Below are positions 51,988-64,000 of a stretch of 64,000 bases of DNA, one piece after another. The first letter of the stretch is position 1. Each line of letters starts with the position of its first letter. The DNA comes from Blasia pusilla (Eukaryota): NCBI GenBank assembly GCA_050084515.1, contig CM114271.1:33604001-33668000 (forward strand), given 5' to 3'. The notes below the pieces were generated by a model that saw only the letters and a program-made list of their open reading frames with translations, searched no databases and was not told the origin of the DNA. The position numbers and the translations under genes were made by a program.

Positions 51988-52974
51988 CTTTGACTCTTAA
52001 CCTTCATAATACTGTCTATCTAAGAACCTACACAACGCTCTTGCTGGACCGTTCACTAAACTAGACTGTAGGATTGATTTGGTCACAGAAACCGACTGTC
52101 CCCACTTCACAACGCGCACCAGTCCGCAATGCTTGTGCTGTACACAGCGCATCCACCGATTGGTAGCATCCGAGTGCTCGGAGAAGAAGAGGGAAGCATG
52201 CCTCCTGATTGAAGCCTCACTGATAGGCGGACAGTTGCAAGGTAGGTCTAGGAGATACATACATTTCAGTATGGGAAAGAAATCAGGCCACAATATTGAC
52301 ACCCACAAACTGCGCTATTCGATGCGGTTTCGGATTCTCTCCGCACGATCTCTCGCGGAAGCGGAGCTGACGAAGAACGCGTGCTTTCATTGTCCAACTA
52401 CCATCGTATTGAGGGCCGTGCTACTCCAATGGGAAAAGGTCCCAAAACGTCGGAAGGCCAGCAGCGCGGAACTAAGTCTGACAGCTAAAAGTGCTCGCAG
52501 ATTGGCTTGCAATTACGGATCCATGGATGATACAACTACCTTTCCATTTCCGCCACGATAGCTGCCGCCAGTCCCGCGATCATCAGGGATCCAACAAAGA
52601 GCACGCAACAGCTGACACACGCAACCAGAACCAAATCAGCCGCCTCTCGATTTCCAAGGGCAGCAGTACGCCTGCTCCCGTCCGTGTGCCTTCATCGCTT
52701 TCCTCGTCAAGAACTCCGAGTCGTCCTTGTGCCTTCCCTCATCTTCCTATTCACTAACTCCGAGTTAGAGAAATCGACTCATTCCTCATTAAGTAACTCC
52801 GGGTCAGAGTAATATATCTACTCTAACTTTAACTCTAACCCGGAGTTAGGAAAATGTATGGAATATTATGGTCCAAAATGGAATATTATGGTAGATATTT
52901 CGAATGTTTGGAGTGTTAGGTAGATATTTTCGCGATATAGGGATAGAAGTATCATAGGCTGCATTGTAATGGGT

Positions 52975-55900
52975 AGATTGATTCTGAATGCAAACAAGCA
53001 AGGGAAAAATCAGTAGATAAATTTTTGGATACCCAAAGTCGGCTTATTATGACGAGTCTTTACAAATACTTCATGAAATCTAAAAAACGAGTTTTCTTGC
53101 GGCGGAAGCAAGAGTCTTTGACAAGGGAACTGCATGAGGACCCCAAATCATTTTGGAGACGATTAGTAATACGGTCTTCAAAACCTACTCTTCATCCCAA
53201 GTTTTTGATATTTTTTGCTGAAAAACTTTATTTCTTCCCCGATGCTAATCTATGCAACGTTGTGAAAGAATACTTGGCAGAGATATGATTCAACTAAGAA
53301 GATTAGCAAATGGTAAATGTGAGGATTTGGATGGTCTTTCTATTGAACTTTTCAAGTGGGGAGGAGATTGTATTAGACCGATCCTCACCAAAGTATTGGG
53401 TGATGCTCCTATCTATGGTTTTCTTTCAACCTAGTCGCTACGGGAGATTGTTCCTATTCACAAATCAGGAAGGAAGGACTTGGTGACAAACTATCGTACT
53501 ATCATGGTGGGTAGTGTTTTTGCCAAGCTGTTTGGGAAATCGGTGGAGTCAAAGTTGAGCGCATGGACAGAGTCTTTCCAAAAGAGAGCACGGGTCCAAG
53601 CTGGTTTTTGCCCAACATACAACACCATCGAACGTATCTTGGCCTTGCGTATTTTATGGGAGAAATCTAAGGGCAATGGGAAAGCTTTGTTTTGCGGTTT
53701 CATCGATTTCAAGAAAGTTTTTGATACTGTACCTCGTAAGCTCTTATGGGATACGCTGCAAGTCATTTGAGTACCACCAAATCTCCTAGCAATCGTGGCC
53801 ACGTTATAGCATTCCGTTCGGGCCAAGATCAAAGGTTCACAAACTCAAGAGATCTTGAGTACCATTGGAGTCATTCAAGGTTGCTCTCTCTCCCCTATTA
53901 TATTTGGAGTTTTCATAGATGATATCGAAAAATGGTTGGAGGAATGTGATAGTGAAGGTGCCAAGCTTGGGGACTTTGTTATCAAAGCTCTATTGTATGC
54001 AGATGATATCATATTACTAGCACGGGATGACATTAGTTTACAAAAACACCTCAACACTTTGGCACGATTTTGTACCCAAAATCAGATGGAGGTTAATATG
54101 GAGAAGTCTAAGGTCATTATAGTGGGTACTAGATCCAAGTTCTCCTTCTACAAAGGTCTACAATTTGAACAAGTGAAGAGTTACAAATATCTAGGCATTG
54201 ATTTCTCTCATGACTATAGTTGGGCACTGTGCGTGCAAAAAAGAGTAGGAGCTGGTTACAAAGCTCTGTATTCATTTTTAAATCGGTGTAGAAGAGCTCA
54301 TCTTATGTCTTGGGATCTTAGGAAGTTCTTATTTAAGAGCTTAGTGTTTTCGGTGGTCTTATATGGCACCCAAGTTTGGGGCCCTAGTTGTAAGAAGACA
54401 AGTTGGGAGCGCATGGAGAGGGTGCAAAAGATCTTTCTACAAGAAGAATTGGGTGTAAGAAACCAAACTTATGCTATTCTTCTTGCGGAAACATGTTGTC
54501 TTTCTCTAAAGATTGAAGCTCTTTACTTGACCATCACTTATATCGCAAGGGTGAGATCTCTTGATGTTTCTCGCCTCCCTCATCAAGCTTTGCGAGCCAC
54601 AGGTGTCGCGCCCCTACTCTCCTTGAACGTCAATCTTTAGTGTTGCGGAAGCGTACGTTCAGTAGGACATGATCTCATCACTGATCTGCACCCAAACACG
54701 CACTCTCATTAGTCGGGTCCGGGGCAACCAGCGTTCTAACCCATCGAGTTCTCAACTCGGCGTCTCATCAAGCTTAACCTTCCTTAATTCCTAGTTTCCA
54801 AAACATGGCAAGTCCTTCAAGACTTGGAACAAACTTCCTGATTAGTCTAGGAACCTAAAATGGCACTTGTGCGCCTAGCGATCCCAATTGTTAAACGGAC
54901 CTCGTGCGAGTTCCAAACCGAGACCCAAGTAATTGAGTCGCGGGGTGAAATCCAAGAGGGATGTCTAAAATCTCCTCCGTAGACTTGGTTCAGGTTTTCC
55001 AACCCAACCCCAAACTCTCGATCCGTTCCATGCCCTTGAGCAGCCCCATGGCGCCCAAAGTGGGGGTTCTAGTTCCAAGCACTCTCAGAGACCTTCCCCC
55101 TTACTAGTACTTTTGGGGTTCTCCAATAAACCCCCCCCCCTGGAAAAGGAGGGTCGGGCCCTTCATTGTGGCCCTCAACCCGACTCTACTTACAGTCGTT
55201 TCTGGGTTGTTTCTCGGCCGCTGCTAATGTGTTTGCTGAGATCTTTAGTGCGTTTGAATCGGCTTTCCATAAGCCTTCCAACGCACCCTTGTTTAATCCA
55301 AACTAATCTTGGAACTAAAATTTATGGTTATAAATACAGTCGGAAACTCTCAAATGCTAGTGGCGTTCCAAATCTGGATTCTTCCTTTGGCAACCCACTT
55401 TCTAGACTCGACTCCTTTCAAGTCTTATACCGTGTTTGGTCCAGGTTTCTTCGTCGCCACCACAACATTTGAAACGCGAAGCCTCGATTGAGTCTCGTCT
55501 CTTGTCTCTTCTTCGAGACTACTCCAACGCGCAAACCATCTTAGCATGAGCCCACTAATGTTCCGATGTTCCGCTTGGCACTCGTTTGGTCATGAGGGTC
55601 GCGACAACAGGTTCTATAAGATGGATAGCGAATGTGGTGACTTGATCTTCAAAGTGGAATCTGGCAGAACGCAATTGGGACTTGAAACTAATGGCACTCC
55701 GCGAACATCTACAGAAGCAATTTCTCAACATTATTTAGCAGCCCGGGTACAAAAATGGAGTTTTATCAATTTCATGTTAATCTAATGCTTGTCTATTGTG
55801 AACAAGGATATCTACTTGCGGGGATCTCCACGTTCTTTTATCATATTATCGTACGACATAGAACAGGGTCTCATAGGCTAGGAATTGAGGAAGGACAATG

Positions 55901-56241
55901 GTTTAATATTGATAGAAGTAAACGAATTTGTAGGTTATGTGACGGAGAAAATATTGAGGATGAAGAGCATGTGTTTGTTACATGTCCAAGGTATGAATAG
56001 ATTAAACTAGCTCATAAAATAGATGTGGAAAATTTCTTTTCTTTATTACAACTAGTGCCTTATGATTTAGGTTCTTATATTAGGGACGTCATTATTCATC
56101 GCTCAAGTGCTCTAGACAGTAGTTACGAGAAGGTCTTTAGAATTGTTTTCAAAGTCAGTGAATGAATGACGTGTAATGTGTTTTTCAACTTTTTGACCCT
56201 TTGGGTCCCATGGACTTGATCTATTTACCATTTACCATTTT
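52975..56241 (+). mobile_element. 5'-truncated, decayed LINE (RTE-X/L2-like ORF2: RT plus C-terminal zinc finger), interrupted by a solo LTR
   Basis: DGLSIELFK, NYRTIMV, QAGF, FIDFKKVFDTV, GVIQGCSLSPIIFGVFIDD, LLYADDIILL, YKYLG; C-terminal RTGSHRLGIEEGQW...CRLC...EDEEHVFVTCPRY (to 56000); 3' tail (ATTTACC)n at 56223-56241. The 5' boundary is approximate. Confidence 0.9.
54604..55606 (-). mobile_element. Solo LTR, 1003 bp, nested in the LINE
   Basis: Termini TGTCGCGCCCCT...AGGGTCGCGACA (11/12 inverted) with a perfect 5-bp TSD ACAGG at 54599-54603 and 55607-55611. Orientation is opposite to the copy at 23814. Confidence 0.93.
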
Positions 56242-59200
56242 ATAACTCCGAGTTACTCTTCGAACTCAGCTAGATGTATTACTCTAACTCGGAGTTACTC
56301 TAACATATATCCGAGTTAGAATAATATATCTAAATGTATGACATGTGGCACTAAATAATCTGCTAACGGATAAAAATAAATAAATATTTAAATTTGTAGA
56401 GTTCTTCTTCTTTTTTAAGAACAACTCTTCAAACACTTTTAAGTGCACCTTACTAATCTAAGATAATTAAACCAGTTTGGCCCCATCATCAACTAGGGTC
56501 AAACCCAGGTCACTAAAAAATAAGAGGGGAGTGGAGTGGGGAAGCACGTATGGAACTAAGCAAATACACTTGGCATGTATGGAGGTGGAGTAGGTAACTT
56601 CAAACGGATAGTAACATCGCATTGTTAATGAAGCCTTTGGTGAGATTTGATTTTGCATCTCCCTCGGGCATGACTAGCCTCACCCCACTAGTTTCGTTTG
56701 TGGTTTCTTATGACTTACTATAACATATAGAGGCAAAACATGATGCAAACGCTCCCCAAAATCATAGCTTGTTGGAGAGTAAGCAAAGCCCTAAAACAAT
56801 TCCCCTGCACATGAATCGAATGCCCATGGACATGCCTCTACTTTTGTGCGGGACACTCAAGTCAGCTTTGAGTTCCTTGTCATTTACAGAAGGTGCATGC
56901 AAATAATTACTCTCTGCTGCAATCCATCGATGCCCTACATGGGAATGGCGCGCTCGTGACCACTTTCAACACGGCAGATTCATCAAGTAATCAGTGGTAA
57001 TAGATTGGATGGCCCACTATCGATTGATCTACTTCTCTTTACATAATGAAGACGAGGTTCATATGGGGTGCGAGTGTTTATTTGGTCGTTGGAGGTCGGA
57101 CGGTGAAAGAATGGAAAAGTCATGTATCGATCAATGCAACCCTCATCCCAAAGCCCCAGAGAAGGTGTTCGTGGAAGGAAGAGGAGAGTCGGATGCAGGT
57201 CAGGGCCCAGAAATGAGAACGAACATGATGGAATGGCTGATCTTGAAGATTTCCCAGGCGATGAACCTCTCGGGGCCAGCGTTTGTTCGCTTGTATTTCA
57301 ACCCGACATCTGCTGCGTTTGACCGTCGCTTTTCTGAAGCACCGTGTCCACATCGATGAGATGATTGGATGATTGCTTGATTGCTCACGGATGAAAACGA
57401 GCCGCTGAAAGCTCCTCGTTTTCCATCTTGTGAGATTCATCTTAAAAGCGTACAGAATCAGTGTTGACTTCATGTGAACAAGGGGAGAAGCACGAGAAAG
57501 AATCCACAGAAGAGAGTGTTGAGAAAGCATATTGGCGGATCTCACGTCGTTGGGATCGGGTTTATGCACTACAGCTCCCCCTTCCCCTAAATCACAAACG
57601 ACTGGTCACATGGTGCAGTTCTACTTTCTTAAGGGGATCCTCCCAAGAAGGGAAGTCCTGGGTTCGATATCATGTTGTCTTTTGGGGATCTTCCCGAATT
57701 AAATTCCTACGAAGGTTAAGGATAGTCCATGCTCAAGAGAGGGTTCATCAAGTACTTTACTTGTGGGTGAAATTGGTCCCATTTCCACATGCAGAGTGAA
57801 CAGTGTCCAGGCTCCATGGACTAGAGAGATGCTAATAGGAATGGTTCTAGCGCAGGAAACGGAAGTTCCCTACGGTCCAGGGCATGAATGATCCATGCTC
57901 TCGAGACCCGCCTTGAACTCTGGCTATGCTCTGATGGACCAGAAATCCGTCCATACAATCAAGACACGTGAGATGAATAAATCAAGAGTTCTGGCGAGTG
58001 ATTGTCATGTTTGAGAATTCAAGGGAATTGCAACGAGTTCTCACCTTGTTGGCCTCTGGTTAATCCATGTGGAACAATCGGCTCTTCGAAAACCAAGAGT
58101 GGGCACATCGGGGATGATTGAATTTCGGGATTTTGGAGGGCTAATCTGGTCGATAAGCGTTCCCGCAGTGTTCGCTCGACACACTCTGTATTGAGAAGAG
58201 TCAAGGATGAGATCTGCACATGTAGTACTAAACATGACAATTGGGAAATAACTAATAAATGATTTTACGGAATGGTAGATGGATATTCACTTGGCGCGAG
58301 GATACACGGAGATCCAGATTGGATACTGCCGCAGAAAGAATGCTGTCCAGCTACTCATAGAGATATCCTCCATTGAAATAGTTGCACATGAGTGCTGTGC
58401 TTCTTTCTTCTCACTTTTTACGGAGCTCTCGACACAAAATGCTTATCCAGATTAGATACTTTTGCAGTAAGACTGCTGTCCAGATTCTCATAGAGATACT
58501 CTCCATCGAAATAGCTGCCCCTGGGTACAGGGAATCGTGACATATCGGCAGGTCTGTAGAAGATAGCTCTTCACACAGAGAAACAAAAGAGGCTCATGTG
58601 TACCAAAGTGAACTCACGATCCTCTGGCGAGAATATTGGGTACAATGGAAACAATATTCACAACTCTCAGAAGCTTGCGGTGCAGACTGAGTTTGGCCCG
58701 TGCTTACGTACTATTCAGTGTGAATGGTTACACGTTGTTTGCGTCTACTTGGGGGGTGCACAAAGTCTCTTGTGACGATGATATTTCTTTCACATTGCCA
58801 CTGAAATATAACAGTTGTGAGTACAGAGAATGTAGATATTTGGAGAGTGTATATAAACCTCTCCCTTACCTCTCAAAAGGTTTTGATGGCACATGGTGCG
58901 AAAGCATCAACTATCTGAAGTGCATTCAGGGATTTCAGAAATAATGCTGTGCTGACTACCAAAGCTCAGCTAATTTCTGATGTTGAGGAATCAGAATCGT
59001 GACTTCACTCCGACGCCACTATTCTCTAGATTCACAACAGTCATGAAGAACATAATCTCACAGGACGTTATTCATGATCTTATTTACAAGCATATTAGCT
59101 GAGGCTTTGCGAAATGTATGAGTTATTGAATGGATTTGATGCACTGATCCTAGATTCTCATCGCAGTATGCGCAGCGGCATAGTTCGAATCCATCAGAAA

Positions 59201-62200
59201 GAGAGTTTGGATCACAATTTAGACCTCCCGTCAATTCTAAACTTGATCGATTAGACAGCTCTGCCTGACGTGACGCTTAGTGGGAAATCCATAACATCGC
59301 CGGGCACGAGTAACTTTCAGCTGGTCAGACAACAGTCATCAAGTACAAATTTGCGGCCTCAAAATTGACTCGTGGATCGACACGACAGGGTACAGTCTGA
59401 TCTTGAAAAATAATCACTCGTCTACCCCTTAAAGTCTCTCGCTTACCGATCAGTTGAGCTATTGCTAAGCGCCAAGGTCACATCCACCAGCCGGCTCTGC
59501 TATCAAATTACGCCCTAGAAACAGAGAACAGATGGCGCTACTTACCTTCATCAAATCTGCATCCGTCCTCCTGAGAAAAGCAGTCACTGCCGCCCGCCAT
59601 ACTCAGTCCCCTCTATGTGTGTAAGTAAGCACTCCTGTTAGGCCTTACGCCCAGTCCGCACTTACCAATGGTGAACACATTTCGACAGCCTCCAACCATC
59701 TTATTGCAGCTCGTGGGACTGCGTCAAGTACACCAGCAACTATAAATGGAATCCATTAGATCTCAGACACAGAGGTCAGATACCTTCGTACCGCATAATA
59801 AGAAAAGCTGACAACACAGCATTTTACCGACAGCAACACATATCGATTCACATCTGATAGAAAGTAAGTCACCCGACACGCTTTAGGGTTCGGAATGTAT
59901 GCACAAACGGGAGAGTAAACGCTTACAACCAAAAGCAGTGTCCTATTTGAGGGCATGCTCCTGATCCTTCTCACTTAGCACAAGGGTTACCTCGTTCCGG
60001 AAGCGGATCTTCTCGCTGAGCATAAGCTCACATTTCCTTCGCTTTCTTGCAAATCTCTCCTTTTCTCTTTTCTTTTTTTTGGCTGAAACATAACAGGAGC
60101 AGATTTGCGCAAGGGATGTTGGTCGTACCGCACTTGGTGGCCATGACAAGGTTTTCGATCCGGTGGTAAACGTTTGAATCACGACGCACAATTATGGAGG
60201 CAGAGCAGCATGAAGGACTCACCAACCTGCTAAAAAAGCGAGCCTCTCACCATGGCCACACATGTGGTGCTTGACGCGAGAAGGCCTACTGAAAGTATTT
60301 ACGTAGCGAGTTGATTAATGCTTTGTCCAGGACGTTCTGTTGCTCATAAGAGAAGGGTTGTTACTGGCTGGGGGCAAACGGCTGACGATAACACCCAGCG
60401 TAAGAGCACAAATGGTGAAATGAAAGGAGTACGTCAGATTTACCTGTAGCCGACGTTTCGAACACGGTCATTGAATGCGGTAAGGAAAGGGGCAGAAATG
60501 TGATGGGAGACAATAAGGCAGTAGTAAGTATAGATCAGGCGAGGACAGATGTGGATCACTCTGGCATGCGTATCAGATTTCAGACAGGTCACATGCACCT
60601 GAAGCGCATAACATGACATTGTGAGCTAAATTTCCCCCCTAGGTGGAGAGTAAATCACTCGAGGGTCGTCCGAAAACGGATACGAGGTGTAACAAGACTG
60701 TCGTACAAGTGCCACAAAATTTCTGTTTCATCTCTTTGGCCATGGGATATATGGAACCGAAGAAATTTCATTTGTGTCAAATGAAATTAGAGCAGACAGA
60801 ATTTAGAGTTTCCTTGTCCAACAACGCCAAGATTGATGTTGGGGAGTGCTAGAAACAGAGATGGTGCACACAAAGACCCAAACTTCTCGTATAGTTTGAG
60901 AGATGGAGGGACCTAGCTCTAGTCGACAGGAAATACTGCAAACAATAGTCCAGCTTCACTATCAGGTTCTTTTTGTTGAAGAATGTCCTGCCATTTTTCT
61001 GCTGGTTTCTCGGTTTCCAAGCTTTAACCCCACGGTATACAGCCAAACTCCATGAATTTTGTATCATACTAGAGAATCCGTGCTGTAGGGACCGCCCCTG
61101 ATGTATTTAGCTGACCATCTCCTTGGGAAGTCGAGCTGCCATCAATGGCCGGGGAGAGAGGAAAACTGGTAGGCATCAATAAAGCATGCTTTTGTAAAAG
61201 AAGATCTAATTGTTCTAACTTTTGTAGTTCTCCACGCTGGGAAACTTGTTTTTACTCGCACAGGAACGGATATTTGAAGGTATAAAAGCATGATCTAGTT
61301 ATTAGCGATGCGCTTGAGAAATACTCGGACTACGATCTATTCGTAATATATAGATTTTCTTGAGACCAGAACATCTGCTGGTCAGGCTGGAGAATGTCTG
61401 CAATCAGTCAGCCTTCGCGCACATGACAAGTCTGTAGGTTTTAGACATCGCGCTCACATGCTCCCTGTTCCTGTTTGTTAGTGAACTTCAGATAATATGC
61501 TATGAATCAGCTTTCAGCAAGCTTTAGCTCGCACAGGAATCTGATCACCTATCTCAAGTTTACCACATGGCATATCCACCCAAGAACGAGCCGCTCTCGG
61601 TATTCTTGGCTCGTACCGATGCGGCTCTAGAGTTTCGGGATGATCGACTTCCATCAGCAAAGGTATAGTATTCTTCATGAGCATGCTGATAAAGGCAAAG
61701 CATGAATCCATCAACCAGCAGAAACCAACTAAATGAAGGAATGTTTCTGTCCAAAAGACCATTTATTCCCCAAATGGTGGAGATCAGTGCATTCGGAGAG
61801 AACATCAAGCCTTAGGGATCTCTGAAGGAAGGGTCGGCAATTCATGTATTTCAAGAGAAATTCGGAGGATGGTACCTTTCCGCGTCGATAGCTTGAAACG
61901 AAGTCAGTCCTGTAAGTCCTATACGTTATGTTTGAATTCCGATATGACGCACATGTTCAACCGTTTGGAGCTGACGAAATCGTGCTTTTACGTCCCGTTC
62001 GTAGAGCTTGTGCATGCGTTTACACAAATCAAATGAGATTTCTCTGAATGGATGACAATTTAGTACAACTGCTGCAAACGAAACGGAAAGATATAACAGC
62101 ACCGCCGTGGAATATGTACGATGAAATGAACGGGAAATCATCAATGGTCAATCCTATTGAGAAGACTAGTTCTTAGAAGGTGGGATTTAGATCTAATATT

Positions 62201-64000
62201 GAGGATTCATATGGAAAAACCGCTCACGGCAAGAACATACCTCCGTTGGATTTTTGAAGGCGGATATACACCTGAATCTTCCGTTGGCACGCAGCAATTT
62301 TTGCAGTGTGTAACAAACCCTCCGAGAGGAACTGCTCCGGTCAAGCTCCATTCCCTTCTGCATCCACAATTTTCCAAGAACGTAATCTGTCGCTGACGCT
62401 CGTATTCATCCAGTCTAGGTATATACCCTATAGATGACGTCAATTGCAAGTATGTGGGAATTTCCAAGCGGGTGGTCCAAATTCTCGGAAGTATTTTGTT
62501 AGTGATAAACATAGTTTGAGTTGGCGGGTACGAATCACATGGTAAGACGATCGAGACATACAGACCTAGAGCGATCCACAGAGTTCAATAGTGTGCGGTT
62601 GGTAAATGTTTACAAGAGTATTTCTGCCGTACTGTTGCAATCTTGAGCACTTTTGACCATATGTGATCATGCACGAGCTGGTGTTGAACTTACCTTGTCA
62701 GGTGGTTTGTATGTACAAGTATATGTCTATTTGAGTACACCATGTAGGTGTTGCAATTAAGTGAACATTCGAAAGCTGTCCAGGTCAGTTCAACCTACCC
62801 TGTCAATAAAATTCCATGCGACACGTTGTGAACTCAGCAGGCTTTTCCATGCCTTCGATCAGTTTCGCGTAACCGCTTCTTTGTACTACAATCTCTCCTG
62901 CACAGAATTTTGCTGGATCGATGAAGCATTGAAATTCAATTCATGTCAGTTGAAAATCCTCGTCTGGAGGTTGTACCTGCGTACGGATCCGTGGATCATG
63001 CTGGACAAGGTGCATGAAGAATGCAAACGTGCAGCAGGCAGCATCCTCGATTTCCTCCAAATATCACGCGACCTTCTCCTCGTGCAAGTTCATTATATGA
63101 TTTAGAGTAATCCAATTTTTATTTTGGTATCCAAATTTCGTAGTTTAGATCTTGCTAAATGTTCTGGGAATATTGTATGAAGCGTATTAAAGCACCTTAA
63201 CTCGAGCTGACACTCAGTGACAAGACTCACAAGAGTTGCAAGCTAGCTCAATTATTGTTGGTCGTGACTAAACTAGTTTGCAACCAAGAGAACAGAAGGA
63301 TCACATTTTGTCTCGGTGGACTAGCGAATTAAATGCTATGTGTTGTTGACAGCTCTATGATCTGTCTAAGCAGTGCTTCAAATGTGGGGAAAGAATGTCG
63401 AGGTAGCTATAGCAGTACCGATGGATATTGACTATGTAAGTCTCATGGCCGAGTTTTACAGTTGAACGAGTTCTCTAGTAATTATACCTCGAAACATCTG
63501 CGGCCCCTATTACTTAACTGAATCTGATCATCTGCAGCGTGGTTATTCGGAACTCAGATCTCAAGGACTCTTAACTTTCCGGAAAAATTAAACCTTGTCA
63601 TGAAGAAGAGGGATTGAATCTTGATGACTGATCGATTTGGGTTTTTCTTTGCAACGTGGCCATGGATGATTCCCTCTAAATTCGAAGGATCACGGTGGTC
63701 TTCACGATCTAAACTATGAAAGTAAATGGCGTCCTGTGCAAAATACACAATACCAGATCTGCAAGGATCGACACTGATTCTCCTCTATCCTTCAAGAACT
63801 CTCTTGCGTCTACAGAAATCTCCATTTCATCATTAGTTCGAGTGACGAGGTTGTGGTTCGCAGGTACTACGAGGTATAGACCTCGAGGTCATTGGTAATC
63901 AATAAACGTCTACCAAACTTTAGGCGTGCGAATTTCAGTTGCCATGAGGACCATCGATACATTTCCTGGAACCAATTCACAGTATCGCTTGGTCCATAAA

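Noticed and set aside
59546-60471. A 66-aa peptide assembled from seven micro-exons
   Set aside because: It requires a 24-nt intron (60227-60250), far shorter than any intron in the two well-supported genes.

Overview
Eukaryotic, intron-containing genomic DNA from a land plant; the gene content and TE types look bryophyte-like, but the species cannot be determined from sequence alone. Two host genes can be assembled exon by exon on the minus strand: a 12-exon methionine S-methyltransferase (MMT, about 1082 aa, one GC-AG intron) and an 8-exon PMT-family putative pectin methyltransferase (about 602 aa). A small single-exon plant ORF is also possible. The rest is transposon-rich: a hAT MITE, several non-autonomous Helitrons, at least four solo LTRs, and a 5'-truncated LINE interrupted by a solo LTR. 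The most notable feature is a decayed 9.8-kb Ty3/gypsy-type retroelement at 38134-47923. Its pol carries a full DNMT3-like cytosine-5 DNA methyltransferase domain between protease and RT, and its integrase ends in a PHD finger. It has a self-priming-type PBS and split direct repeats (A...B-A-B) instead of two ordinary LTRs. All coordinates and alignments were worked out by eye; no database searches were run.
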